A model generated the notes under the pieces. That model was not told where the DNA came from and searched no databases. It worked only from the letters and a program-made list of their open reading frames with translations. The position numbers were made by a program, and so were the translations under genes. 64,000 nt of DNA from Guillardia theta CCMP2712 (Eukaryota > Protista > Cryptophyta), in NCBI RefSeq assembly GCF_000315625.1, contig NW_005434643.1:66212-130211 (forward strand), written 5' to 3'. Shown one piece after another: positions 35,539-48,908 of this stretch; the stretch's first letter is position 1, and the number at the start of each line of letters is the position of its first letter.

Positions 35539-36612
35539 CTTTCCACTGAAGGAGACAGCCCCGTCAGCAGGTCTGCAAAAATGATCGGTGAAAATAAGAA
35601 CAAGGACGAAAGTAGAGCCCAACAGCTGCTACGTGATATGCCCTCGGACAAACCCCATCACATCATACTACCCTCGTCGACTCCACCTGTCCACTGCTTT
35701 TCTCCCCTCTCCAGGTCTCCACGTCTCTTGTCTTCACTCTGCCCCCGTCCGCTCATCTGCACGTTTTCTCTCTACATAACTCAGCTCTCTATTCTTCTCA
35801 CTCTCTCAACTTGGTCCTCCTCTCCTTGGATTTGCTGTGCCTCGTCTTCAGTGTCCGCATGCAGGCCCTTTCAATCACCGCTAGTTCCTATACTTCTGAG
35901 ATAGAACAACCTCTGCTCCATTCTCCCTAGACATGATCTCCTCTGCTCCTAGTCTTTCCTTCCTCCCGTCCTCCGCCTCCGTATCCATCCACACTCCTCC
36001 TCTCCTCATTCATTGGAACGGATTCTGCCATTGGCATACATACACCCCTTCTTCTGTCGTATATCGCTTGTACCCCTACCCCTTCATTTCGGGAGAGCGC
36101 TCGTACCCCCTACCCCTATTTTGTCACACATATACCCCTACCAGTAAGACTTTGTTGGACAGCATGACCCTACCCTCTGTTGGACGTGAGTCCGCTCATC
36201 GAGTTGCGGGCCGACTTGAAAAAAAGAAATAAAAAAATTCTTTTACACAGGGCAGAAAACATACATCGGGGCTTCGGAAGACGGAAGAGGAACAGCACGG
36301 GTGAAGGCGGAAGAAGAACAGCTGACGGCGAGGAGGAGCGACGATGAATTGATCATACTGCAATGAACTCAGATTCGAAGTGATAGGCTCATCGTGGTAC
36401 CCTCCTTTAACATCAGCAGCGATGATTTTTTTCATCCCCGTGACAGACTGAAAACCAATAAAACCTCAAAATCCAAACTTGCACTGCGCCCGGATATTGT
36501 CTCTAAACACTGAAATACTATCTAGCTCATGGTACGTCTACATGTTATGAGCTGAATTTCCTTCTCAGACTCCTCCTCCTCCCAGGTATCGCTCACATCT
36601 ACATCCCTATTC

Positions 36613-37694
36613 ATGGTTTGCATCGCCTCAACATGGCCAACTTGCTGCTCACACCGCGATGGCATATCATTCATCTCATCCAGCCATACCAGAGATTACT
36701 CCAAGGTGGTGAAGATCTGTATGCATGGCACTCTCTCTGCCTTCACCGCCAGAAACAACCATGGCGTGGCGTCGTGGCCTCAGGCAACACAAAAGCTGTT
36801 TCGTGAGATGCTCGTGCTCATTCTCCTGCAGGAAACTGCTTCTGCCAAGCTCAACAGGCTTCATACAGCCTTGCTGCAAGAATGACAAGGAAAGGTTGAT
36901 GGAGATGAACACGAGTCCCTTGCTGCAAGAATGACAAGGAAAGGTTGATGGAGATGAACACGAGTCGACACTCATCACCAGACTCTGATTCCCTCCTGCG
37001 AGCCAACAGCGACAGCCTTGAGCTCTTCACGTCGGTAGGGGGGAGTAAGCAAGTGAGAGGGCTTCGAACGAGAGAAGCTAGACGAGGAGGAGACATCGTT
37101 GCTCTTGTTCCCCTCTCAGACACTCTCAGAGTCGGGTTCCAGCTCCATGAGAGCTATCCTTGGTACGCTGAGATGGCTGCCAAGGTCATGAGAGCAGCAG
37201 GGAGATAGATAGGGCTGGGGGTCCGCATGCCAGTCGGCTGTTCGCAACATCTAATGACATTCCTGGGGAGAAGAGCGCTCTCCTTCGAAGTTACATCGCA
37301 GAGCTGTTGGCGAGCGTCGTCATCGACCCGTCTCTGCCGGATAAGCTTGCCGACACGGCTCAGCATGGCGCTTCCTTCCAACAAAGTCTTGGTCTAGTAG
37401 CGGGAGACAAGGCAGTCTGCAAACTGAGGGGACACGCTGCCATGATCAACGACCTGGCCCGGAGGATCGTTCGAAGGGAGGGGTTCAGCAAGAATGCTCC
37501 TCACGTGATGGATGTGCTTGAATTGCCTTGGTCGCGCGTTCATCGGGCCTCATGGAGCCGTTTGCCTCATCGCTGTCCTCGACTACGCCAACCACCCTCC
37601 ACGCCCTGACATGACGAACATGCGAGTTGAATTTCTTGATCGCAAGTCTTTCAGGACGCTGCAAGGTGAAGGAAGTATGCGAGCGCACGGTTGA
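36613..37694 (+). pseudogene. SET-domain (LSMT-like) methyltransferase gene, frameshifted and truncated
   Basis: SET motifs RGLRTREARRGGDIVALVP and WMCLNCLGRAF...LIAVLDYANH lie in different frames. Shifts occur near 37201 and 37508 without clear introns, and there is a 49-bp tandem duplication. Confidence 0.6.
36869..36966 (+). repeat. Perfect 49-bp tandem duplication
   Basis: CCTTGCTGCAAGAATGACAAGGAAAGGTTGATGGAGATGAACACGAGTC at 36869-36917 and 36918-36966. Confidence 0.95.
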
Positions 37695-38153
37695 TCTCTA
37701 CTTTGGTTAAGGTTTGCCAGGGAGATGGAGGGTGATACGAGACGATGCTAAAGAAAACTACGGTAAGAGAAAAAAGACTTGATTCACGACTGAAGAACAA
37801 GGAGGAGGAGGAGGAGTGGAAGAGGAAGTGGGTGGAGGAATGGGACGAACCCCTCCCTTCCAACGCCTTTTCTTCCCGACTCTCTTAACCCCTTCCCCCC
37901 ACCGTCCGTCAAGTCATTGGCAGCGTAGCTCAATAACGGAGCTTGTCATGGTCGAGTTCTGGTTGGTGAACTTCAACTTGCGGTTGGAGATAACTTGTCA
38001 CTAACTTGAGATGAGGGGGGAGGCAAGTGGAGGGAGTGGAAGGACGTTCCATCTGATTGATTCCTGACACTGAGACCTTATCATCATATCGCATACACGT
38101 CTATCGCATCGTCTCAGTCTACTCTTTTCCTTCTTTTCTTCCTTTGCCTCCTC

Positions 38154-39804
38154 TCAATGACCAAATCGCCGAGTCCTCGAGAGATAATCGTCCAGTGCGC
38201 CGATGAGGGCCCCTGTCAGCAGGCTCTCAGTTCCGCCCGCGTCATTGGAAGGAAGAGAGTGTACATTCATCGAACTCCGGCCATGGTAGAGGCGAGAAGT
38301 AAAGCTCTGAGTAGGCGGCCTGGGAAGAGTAAGCAGACCGATCAAGACACGACGACACGTTTCTTGCAACCTGCCACAGCATGAAGTTTGAGATGCGCTG
38401 CTCGCCGCTCGTGCGTATCATGAGGTCCGGATCTAACGAGAGCAGTTGAGCGAAGACAGGCATAACAGGCAGGAGAGGAAGGAGAGAAAGAGAGGGGGAC
38501 AGGGCAAAGATCAGCAGACTAGAGGAGAGGAAAAGAGGAGAGGGGAAGGCAAAGAGCGAATCTCAGCACCTGGAATGTCTGGCGTATAAAGATGTTGCTT
38601 CATACTCGACTCGTCGATCGATTCAAGAGCGATCGAGCCATCAGCATAATCTTTCGCCAGTTTTTTGACTGCAGCAAGGGGGGGAGCACGAGCTTTCAGT
38701 GCTACAAGTATCCGGAGAGAGCTGCAAAGGACCTGCTTGTAGCAATTCCTGCCTCCCGCCATATCCGATGCAGATAGTTAACGTGCCCCCTTCTCCTCCT
38801 CTCTCCGTAAATCTCTGCAAAGCACCTCCTTCTCAGCCCAACCATCGTCAGCTCCGTAAGGTCTACCTCTGCTTCCTCCGCTGCCCGTCGCAGGCGAGAG
38901 GGCAAACTCTCCAACGCGCCCACAACCCGCACCTTGATCTTCTTGTCCGCGATCTCCCTGTCTCTTGATATCTACGGAAGCCACTTACCAACCATCAGCA
39001 GCAGCACCCATCCTCTTCACCTGCTCCAACCCCAATGCCATCAGGTTGAGCAGCTGAAGTCCGAGTCAGAGGAAGCACGCTCGTTCTCTGAGCTACAAAC
39101 CTCTTCAACCTCCCATTGAGCTCGCCCCTGCAAGTTTTCCATTGACAGCGCAAATACTGTAAACAATCAGCAAGGCAGGCAGGCAGATAGGAAGGAACGA
39201 AGGACAGCAGGCAGGCAGGAAGGCAGGCAAGCCAATCCTTCAGGCCATGATATCATTCGATCATTTGATCTTCTCTTACCTGTCAAGTACTGGATACCAA
39301 GTTCACCCAGCACCCAACGGATGACCTATTGATGTGCAGGTCTGTAAGAAGAGAAGAACATTCCAGTACGGCCGATATTCACTCACTTGCTCCAGACGCT
39401 CCTTCCCTTTCAGGTGGCCAAAACTATAGGGATGGAGGTTAGACATTGATCCATGTCGGCAAGGTAGACCTGCTCGGCTTCCCCAAGGCTTTTGCGTATC
39501 TTCGATTCCCATCCATGATGATCGCAATATGTCTAGGGAGACCTCCTGCCTCCTTTCGCTGTCTCATGACCTCGTGGTAGCTCTGACCGTTTTGATCTTC
39601 TTGTATAACTTTTTGCTGATCAAATATTTGCATTCCCCATCGAAGATGTCGTGTGCTTACTTTCCTATCCTGGATCGTGTTTTGATGGGTGAAACTTGGT
39701 CTCAACAAACCATGGAGAGGAGCAGTTGGGAAAAAGCCATGGCTTTTCCTCAGGAAGGCAGCAAGCAGAAATAAGACGACGAGAAAACTTCGATTGAAGA
39801 TCAT
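38154..39804 (-). CDS. cis-prenyltransferase (UPPS/uppS family), probably plastid-targeted
   Basis: [63 protein letters not shown]...WPEF and C-terminal RTRRFGH*. N-terminal signal peptide ending SHG-FFP followed by a transit-like region. Confidence 0.93.
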
Positions 39805-40543
39805 CGCACAAAGTCAATGAGAGTGAGTGAGTGGCCAATTATCCGTGAAACTTTCTCCTTATCCTCATCGCTTGTTGGCTCCTGTTTCTCAGATCCATTA
39901 GCCGTCAACAGGTCAGGGGATGCAAAAAGGTACTCATTACCGGCCAGGTACATTGACGCATTCAACGATCTTGTTCTTGGACTTTCACAGACTCTCTCAT
40001 CTTGACCCATCACTATGATCGCACGTTTTCTCTTCCCTCACTGAAGTTACCGCCTCATCCTCTACTTGTTCCTTCTCGCACCAGATGCCTCAGGTTCGCC
40101 ACTCTCTATCCTCACCTGGCATTCCAGTCGCTTCCTTGCACTTTAGCTCTCATGAATTCCTCCTCTCTCTCCTGCTTTCCTTGCTCTCCATGTCGTCGCA
40201 ACCGTTCCAAAACGTGGCCCCCGGACCATTGCGACCTTCAGTCGACTAGTGTGCCAGGAAAGTTGGGTGACCATATTCCAAACAAAATCGTGTTCCAAAG
40301 CAGCCGGATGACCGGAGGTAAGCGGCGGCCCGAGCAGATTAACGGCTTTGGTAAGTTTTTTTGTCGGGTTCCTTTTATTCTTCAGCTTTTCAAAAACTTT
40401 ATCAAAAGTTCAAAAATACAGTCAAAATTTGATGCATATAGCAACAAAACTACATTTTAACAGACTTCATTGGAAACTAATCTGCGCAGCACTGGCACGG
40501 TGGAAGTTCTCATTCCATCAGCCGACCATGAGGAGAGTCAGTC

Positions 40544-43500
40544 ATGGGAACAGAAGGAGCGACGGACAATGAGAGAGAGAAGGTGAAGTTAAACAAAGAA
40601 GAAGGATATCTCGAACAAGCTCATTCCAAGACAAACCGACCGTACAGCACCAGACCGACCGTGATTGTTGTTCTTTCGGAGATGTTTGCTTGTAGTGAAT
40701 AGCCAACCGTCCATTCATGAGCTCTTTTCGAAGCTTCTCGAGGACAGCTCCTGCTGAGTCTGCAGCTGCGAGCAGAAGTCACTCGGTGATCCTGTCTCGT
40801 TCCCTGTTGCAAGTGACTGACACGTCTCGGCAGAACCGAACAAGCTTTCTCCCCAAGATTGAAACCACAAACAGGTCTCTACCGGCTTTTCCCCTTGAGT
40901 CAGCAGCTCAGCCTTCTTGCAGACCCTCAAGCTTTGGCGACGAACGAAAGAAAAGGAGGAGAAACCCGCAAGGTGACTGGAACATGCCTCCATGCGGCAT
41001 CTAAGGCTTGGAGCAGCATACAAGACGAGAGATGTGGATGTCAAGCCGGATTGGGTTGCTGCTCCGTCGGATGAGCTGTGAGATGCTGGAATAAGATACT
41101 TTGCAGCATCTCATGCGATCCATGCAGGAACGACATCGCAATACTGGAGGAGAAATTCAGAACACTTCATGCAAGGTGCTGATCGTTGAACAACCTTGAC
41201 GGTGAAGTAATGAATGTCTGTAGGGAATCAAACGCTCTTGAAAGAAGGCTGAACAAGTACTTTTCGCAACATAAGACTCTCGTCTCGCGTCAAGCAAAGT
41301 CCACGCCGCTTGTGGTATCTCCGACTACTCCTCTCCTTGATGGCCTCTACTGAACAAAAACTTGTCCAGGTGTGTGTCTTGGACAAGTTTGCGTCAAGCG
41401 GGGGTTTGCTTCGAACGACGTCAGGGCAGGTAGCAGCATTGTCATGCAACCAATGGGACGGCTGACAGAAACGCAGGAGGTCTCGTTTGCGCTGCAAGTC
41501 AAGTATTCCTTCGCGGGACACTTGGGTCTGCTCGCTCGCTATTGAGGCGAAATGTTGACAAGATGAAAAGGTGAAGGCGGAGAAGATCTGAGAAGCTGGG
41601 TGGACTCAAATGGAGGCTTCTCGTGCATCCTTGTTGGTCCCACAACCATCGCTGCTGATGTCGTGTACAAAGGTAGAGCAAGAGAGCAAGTTGACTTGAA
41701 GCTGATCTTCATTGAAAGGGTCCGGCACCTACTTCTTCTTCTACACGCCTATCCTTGCGGGTGAGACTTGAAACATGCACAATGCTCTCTCTGGTAAGAA
41801 TGAAGTACCCAACAACAGGAAAATATCTTGTCTCTGTGCGTTTAGGATCAGGAGACGTCCCGGGAAGTCCGTTTGAGTCAGTCGTCGAACCAGGAAAAAC
41901 AGAAACAACCTCCTGCACCGGTTACGATGATGCTGTTGTCGTGTGATTGTGCTGGGACCTGACACAACTGACAGCATCGGGTATGGGTTTGTTGTGCTCC
42001 GAAGCTGGAGTGGAATCTCAGGTCACAAAATCTGATGATATCACAGCGATGTCTCACCCTCACTTGCAGTTTGTGATCACCTCAAGGGACAAGCATGGGA
42101 ACCAAAGATTTGAGGGCGGAGACAGATATGACGTCACTTTGTCAGGACCTGTCACGTTCAACGCTCACGTGACGGATCTGAACAACGGGCAGTACATCGC
42201 CAAGTACAACACAATCATGTGCGGCGATTACTACGTGATGATCAAACGAGAAGGCCAGCGCTTGGCCGGGTGTCCATTCGTCCTGTCTGTGGTCGCTGGT
42301 AAGACGCATGGGCCCAGCTGCACGGCAGTGGGAGAAGGCTTGAAGGTCGCGTTTGCGGGGGAGGATGCACAGTTTGTGATCGAGGCAAGAGATATCATAG
42401 GGAACCAGAGGGTGGTGGGGAACGATCCGTTCGAGGTCGAGATCGAAGGTCCTTCCACCCCTCAGATCTCAGTCTACGACCGAGACGATGGCACTTACCT
42501 CGTCACTTACAACGTGGAGGCCGTCGGGCAGTACCACACGAGAGTCTTCCTGGGAGAGCTTCAGATCTCCGGCTCCCCCTTCACGCAGACGGTGTTGCCA
42601 GGCAAGGTTGTCGCCGTCCGGTGCACGGGGGCAGGCAGGGGGTTGACGAGAGCGTTTGCTGGGGAGGAAGCCTCTTTCACCATAGAGAGCAGAGACATCA
42701 ACAGGAATAAGACTTCCTCCGGAGCCAAAGAATTCCTTGTCACTGTCCGGGGTGTGATATCGCCCCAAGTGCACTGCATCGCTGGGGAGAACGGAGAGTT
42801 TCACTACTCATACCGGACTGCGCGAGCCGGAACGTACTTTGTGTCTGTGCTGTACGAAGGAGTGGACATAGGAGGCAGCCCCTTCAAGCTCACAGTCGAC
42901 CCGGGCCCTACACATGCCAACGGCTGCAGCGCGGCAGGCCCAGGCATCACAGGAGGATACACGGGGATCGAGACGAGCTTCATGATCCACGCGCGAGACT
43001 ACTACGGCAACTCCCGGACGTCTGGAGGCGACATCTTCAATGTGGAGATAGGAGGAACAGCCTCGGCCAGGTCTCGCATCCGGGACAACGAGAACGGGAC
43101 GTACACTGTGGCGTACACGCCAGAGATAGGAGGAGACTACTACATCTCGGTGAAGCACGGAGGCATCGACATCCAAGGAAGTCCCTTCACGGTCTCCTCA
43201 GACCCGATGCCGCGCGAAGCCTATTTGGAGATGTACAGGAGCATGGAGCCTGACTTCACCAGGAACTTACAAGCTCAGTTGCTCGACCAGAAATCGCCTG
43301 CCAAACCATCAAGAAAAGCTCCCAAGCAAGGAGGCAACGCAGACTACGAATGGAAGTTGGACATCAAACTGATCGGAGGAAAAGAGCTGCTTCCTAAAGA
43401 CACAGTCTCTGCCGGGACTTATGGAACAGCTTTCATACACAGCTCGGACCCCTACGTGGTAATGAGCGTCGGGCCGCAGCAAGTGAAGAGCCAGACGATT

Positions 43501-43794
43501 CAGAAGAACCTCAACCCCGAGTGGAATGAAACCTTAACGCTCAAGTTCTCAGATCGGATGAACGATCTCAACGTGGAGGTGTTCGATGAGGATGTCAACG
43601 ACGACGACGACCTCATCGGCAAGGCGAAGATCAGCCTGATGGACCTGGTGGAGGACAAGCCCAAGATGATCACTGCCAAGCTCAGAGACTTCGATTCCTC
43701 AGGCAAGGACAAGGGAATCGACTGCGGGACCATCCAAATGATCTTGACGTTACAACGAACATCCGGATATCTTGATGATCGTAGATTGCGTTGA
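40544..43794 (+). CDS. Filamin/ABP280-repeat protein (about 5 repeats) with an N-terminal coiled coil and a C-terminal C2 domain
   Basis: Repeats ARDIIGNQRVVG...DRDDGTYLVTY...ISGSPF; C2 SSDPYVVMSVG...KNLNPEWNETL...VEVFDED...DDLIG. Start inferred from MGTEGATDNERE followed by a GT donor. Confidence 0.88.
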
Positions 43795-43902
43795 GCTGGA
43801 AATCATCGGAGTTTTGGGATAAGGGGTGGCGATGTACTTTTTTTCGGTTACACTTGTATTCTTTTAACGTACAGTGCAATGAAACTGGCTACCGGGTATG
43901 GT

Positions 43903-45282
43903 TCAATCTTCGAGCATGAACTTCTGTAGCCTTCGCTAGGCTGGCTGTATTCGTCCTCCTAACAGACTATGAGATCCCTGGCATCAGACCTCCATCAAAC
44001 TCATACCTTGTCGACCGAAGCTTGCTCTGCTGAAATTGTTTTGACAATGATTCCATGAATTCAAACTTCTTCCGCTGTGGTGATATGATAAGGTTGAGCT
44101 GTGCGCAAGGAATCAAGGCACCGATCTCCTAATTTTCGTCAAGTCGTCCTCTTCGTCATCTTGTGAAGCGTGATGTGCTTGTGTCTGCACAACAGTGATT
44201 ACACGCCAGCTGATTGTCATCAACAGTACCCTCGATTCCTTCTTCAATGATTTGTTCAAATCCTTTCTTTGCATGACATCCTGATAATACAAATTCAGTC
44301 ACCTGTCTGTCCCAATGACATACTTTGTACAGATTCTTCCCATGCATCTTGTGTTATTTCGTTGACCCAATACTTTTGATGGACATTTTCTTCCTTCTGC
44401 AGAAAAGAAAAGCAATCAGTTCAATGCCCAACAGGAGCACAGGCAGCACATGATACGGCTTCTCAGTGATCCCATCATAACCAGGACCATCCATGAGCGC
44501 ATGTCTCAACTCTCTCAAATTCTAATCGACTCGTCAGCGATGTAGAAGTAAAAGAGTTACAGACCATCTCTTTGTTGCCTCCCATCTGTACCCCAAACAG
44601 CGACTTGAAGTCGACATTCATCTCATATTGTTTGACAACATTCTCTACACTGCAAGCAGTGTGAAACATTAGTAACACATCTGGACTTGTGAAACCCACC
44701 TTTCAGATGAAATGCTCTCAGCTTCGCTACCCATCAGCGTTCTCTGCAGAGGGTATCAGCGACACTCATGGGATCAGAGCATCATCACAAAGGCAGAGAT
44801 GAGCTCTATTTCGTTGTTCTCTTGGTCCGCTTTGATCTTGAGGTATTCTATAGTCTTTGCAGGTGTCAACACGAGTCAAGGAGCAAGGTGCGGGTCTTAA
44901 CCAAGCTCAAGAACTCTTGGAAATCAAAATACTTGGACGTCTTTCCATCGAACTCTTGCTCCAGGTTTTGAAGCAAGTCATGCAGAGCCCTGTCCTCTGA
45001 GTTCTTGTACCCCATCGTCTGCAAGGGACATCAGACTTGTATCGGCTCGATCCGCTCAAGCTCAAGACGCACTTGAAAGGCCCTTGTCAGATCTTCCAGG
45101 TCAATAGCGCCACATCGATCTTGATCGACTTCTGAAAAGGCAGCCTCGCATCTGTCGATGACTGTCTGCGGTATAACTCCCGCTATAGTCACCATGACCT
45201 GAAAGCATTCCCTTCAGCCTAGACGTTCGTATTCGAAAGACTGACGGGGGAGATAAGGTGCATTAGGATCGTATACATTCAT
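43903..45282 (-). CDS. EF-hand (calmodulin/dynein LC4-like) protein in many small exons; 3' end approximate
   Basis: Spliced by eye: CEAAFSEVDQDRCGAIDLEDLTRAFQ / MGY...FDFQEFLSL / ELISAF / VVKQYEMNVDFKSLF. Not visible in the ORF track. Confidence 0.7.
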
Positions 45283-46475
45283 GAGTTGAGATCGATATCA
45301 GCCTCCTTCAAAAGTCATTTGTATGTCTTGTGTCTCCTAAAAGTTGGGTACATTCTAGACTGCGTCTTGTCTTGCGATTCAGGACTCTCTGACTATCTTG
45401 AAAACTTTTCCAACTTGACGCTTCCACTTTCAAAATCTCCCACTCGTTCGACATAGCGCATTACCATGACATTCACTTAGAGCCCCTTGCTATGTTGGAC
45501 TTCGAACTAATACTGACATTGAATTACCGTTCCCATTGGAAGAGCTCTTCTTCTATTGATTTTCTCCCGTCTTGCCTTCACCTTTTGCTCCTCTAGTGTT
45601 CCATCAAGAATTTCTGATCTTCTCCTCTGCTGTCAACCTCCTTCTCTCGCGCTCCTCCCGAGTCCCTCCCTCCCCCCAACAGTCTCATCCATTCTTGTAA
45701 GACCACCATCACTGGGCCCTGCGAACTTTCAATAACGCTTGGTAGGGCCAACCCCCTGGTATATCTACATGTTCTGATTTGTACCCCATACCACCCCCAT
45801 TTTTCTCAATTACAATTGGGGTAGTGACTGTATTCATCCGACATCCACCCCATAAAGGATCGTTGGAAATCAACCTGTATCTCTGAAACGGGCTTGTAAC
45901 GGCCGACTACAGGACCCCCTACCGTACCGACCCCCCTTCAAGTCCGTACCGTTGATGGATCATGGTACTACGGTAGGGTGGGTCATGGCAGGCAGGCAGA
46001 AAGTTTTAACACCTGCGGCTGCCGCCCAAAAAAGAAACTCGGGGGACAAGAGGCACTCGAACCCGGGCAGAGGCACTACCAACTCATTTACTCAACTTCT
46101 CAGTACTTTGAATGATTCATGATTAAAGTAGAATTAACCCCAGGCTTCCGTGCAGCGGCCCGCGGCCGAACCGTCACTACCGTACTGAACCGTCACTACC
46201 GTACTCCTCCGGGCAGCTGGCAGGGCAGTCCCGGCAGAGTCACGGTGCGGGCCACGGCAGTCCGGAGTCCGTACGGCAGCCTGACGGTGAGCCGGGGCCC
46301 GGCGGCTCCTGGCCCGGCTCCAGGCCCGGCTCGGAGTGACGGTGTATGTGTGGGGATGTGGATCAAATTGCGAAGAGGCAGACGGGATTCGGACATGGCA
46401 GACCTGAAGGGCGTTGTTGGAGGAGGAGGTGAGACAACGCTGATCCTAATGTCGAGTCCGATGATGAAGGAGGCG

Positions 46476-46557
46476 ATGGGGATGGGGATGGGGATGGGGA
46501 TGGGGATGGGGATGGGGATGGGGATGGGGATGGGGATGGGGATGGGGATGGGGATGG
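46476..46557. repeat. (GGGGAT)n microsatellite
   Basis: Directly visible. Confidence 0.95.
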
Positions 46558-46572
46558 TCTAACAAACTCAGG

Positions 46573-48842
46573 ATGGGGAAGAGGATGGGGAAGAGGATGG
46601 ATACTGTCCAAGATGTTGATGATTTGACTTTGCATGTTGAAATTGGCGCGCTGAGAAGAATGGACCTTGGCGTTCGGTCTGACTTTTCACCCAGGGCTAC
46701 TTGCTTCCCTCCTCCTCATAGCTGTTCTGTGTTACACAGCCACCAACAGAATCAGTCTCTTCAATGCAGATTACAGCCCGCTGCATCAAAACGTGGATGT
46801 TAAGGCCATTGGCGATACTGGTTGCCTCGGATCAAGCTGTAAACTATCAGACAAGGCAGCAGAGAAGGATCTGAGCAACTTCTTCTCCAAGTTTCTTGAC
46901 CATGGAAGCCATGCGGGACGGGTGCAAGCGAGATCCGCAGTTCGGAACAAGCCTCTGAATGATGTGGCTGCTACCAACGACATGGCAAACTACTATGACA
47001 GTTTGTCTGGAACCGTTCGCAAGACTCCATCTGTGGTGTTGGCTGAGAGCAAGCAGCGACACAACGTGCAGATATCTTCTAACGAGGATCGCAAGCAGTT
47101 TGAGAGCTATTTCCATCAACTCTCACAGAAAGTGCAGAAGAAGCCGGAGGTGTTGGAGGCCGAGAAGGCTGCAGAGAACAAGGCGAAGCAGGACCTGCTT
47201 GCGTCTCTGAGAGAATCCAGGAAGTCAGCTGAGAAGATCAAGAAGGCTCATGATGAATCAAAGTACATCGCTCGAATGGACAAGGAGCTTGTTCGTGCAG
47301 ATCAGCAAAGGCGGCATGCACACCCCACCGCACATGATACGCTCTCGCCAAAGGAGGCGAAGCCTTCGCAAGATTCGATGAAGGATGTTCATGCGACCGT
47401 GTTGTCTGCAACGGCTTCTCAGAATGACTGGGATCAATATTTCGATGCACTGAACAAGCAAGTTCACAAGTCACCAACTGTGCTGGCAGCTGAAAAGCAT
47501 GATGCAGTGAGGGAAAAGCAACACGAGCTGAACACAAGATCTAACGATCTCAAGGCAACGAGTCTGCTGAAGCAATGGACCATGCAACAAGCAGTCCCTT
47601 CCAAGCATCTTTCCTCCTCTGAAGCAGAGAATTCAATGGAGTCCTACTACAAACGTTTGAACAGCGAGGTGAAGAAGCGCCCGAGTGTGAAGCGAGCAGA
47701 GACCAAGTCGATGCAAGATATTCAGAGAATGCGGGATATGATCCGGAAGAACAATGAGAAGTCGCAAAGATCCCGTCTCGCATGGGAACGACGAGAGGCT
47801 GTTCCAGGAGTACATCTCAGCACTGAAGAAGCGAAGAAACAGGGGAACAAATACTTCCAAAGTCTTAATATGATGGTTCACAAGACTCCCATGGTTGTAC
47901 ATGCTGAGCGGGAAGCGAAATTAGTGCATATGAAGAATGTTGAGGTATGTCGCAGACTTGGTGACTGCAGTGACTGATCTCCTCGGTTCAGGCTGAGGCG
48001 AGGGTGAGAAGAGAAGAACAAAGAATGGCCAAGGAATTGAAGAAACAAGTGGCTGTCCCGAGCATCCATCTGTCGGCAAGCGAGGCCAAGAAAGAGGCAG
48101 AGAATTACTTCGATTCGTTGAGCTCACAGGTGCACAAGACTGCTAAGGTAAGGAGCTGGACAAGCAGGAGGATAAGTGTAAGTTGGGCTTCAGGTGTTGG
48201 CAGCAGAGCAGATTGCTAAGCAGGAGGCCCAACAAGAGAAGGTAGTGCTTCGACCTTAGCTTTTATCAATGGTTTGACACTGGATCTGCTGTCCTTTCAG
48301 CAGAGCGGAGAATCGACAAGGTTTTGTCGTTTGGCATGTTGGCTGTTTTGCTGATCTTTGTGTTTGCTTTGTCTTTTTCACTCTGTCATTCTCTTTGATT
48401 GAGCAGCCGGGGTAATGAGAAACGAGCCAAGTTGCTATGTCTGTCCTTATTGTGTCACAGGGAACATGATGAAGGTGGCTGAGGAGGTGGTGGATAATAC
48501 CCACCTTCCAAGCGAGACCGGCCAGCTGAAACTGAAATGGTGAGGAGGAGGAAGGAGTCTGTTTCACAGGTGTCATGCTGGAACAGGAAGGGAAGCGAGC
48601 CCGCGGGGAAGTTGTACCGGCAGCTCAGGAACAAAGTCCTGCAGGTAAATGATAGACCCCCCTGAACCCTTGGGTGATGCGATTGGTTTCAGGTGAAGGG
48701 GCGAGGAGAAGGCTCTCAGGGGCAGGTACCGTGAAGAAAGAGGGGGTTTGGGAGGGCTGACTAATGCCTTTGACAGGTTGATAGTGAATGGAGGTCGAAG
48801 AGACTGCCGTTGGAGAAAGAGTATGTCAGGGAATATGCATAA
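46573..48842 (+). CDS. Signal/anchor-bearing protein with a novel helical repeat (YFDSLxxxVHKxPxV); ends approximate
   Basis: Hydrophobic segment GLLASLLLIAVLCY, then about seven repeats in ORF 46667-47977 and the next exon. Confidence 0.75.
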
Positions 48843-48908
48843 TGTTAATACAGTTTCTTTGATTTTTAAACAACGAAAAGCATTTGTTGGATGAGCCAGT
48901 AGAAGATT

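Noticed and set aside
39801-40013. 70-aa minus-strand ORF overlapping the prenyltransferase start
   Set aside because: No recognisable motif; cannot distinguish a small gene or upstream exon from a chance ORF.
46476-46557. (GGGGAT)n as an internal telomere or Met-Gly coding repeat
   Set aside because: Many comparable hexamer microsatellites occur throughout the window; no support for either reading.
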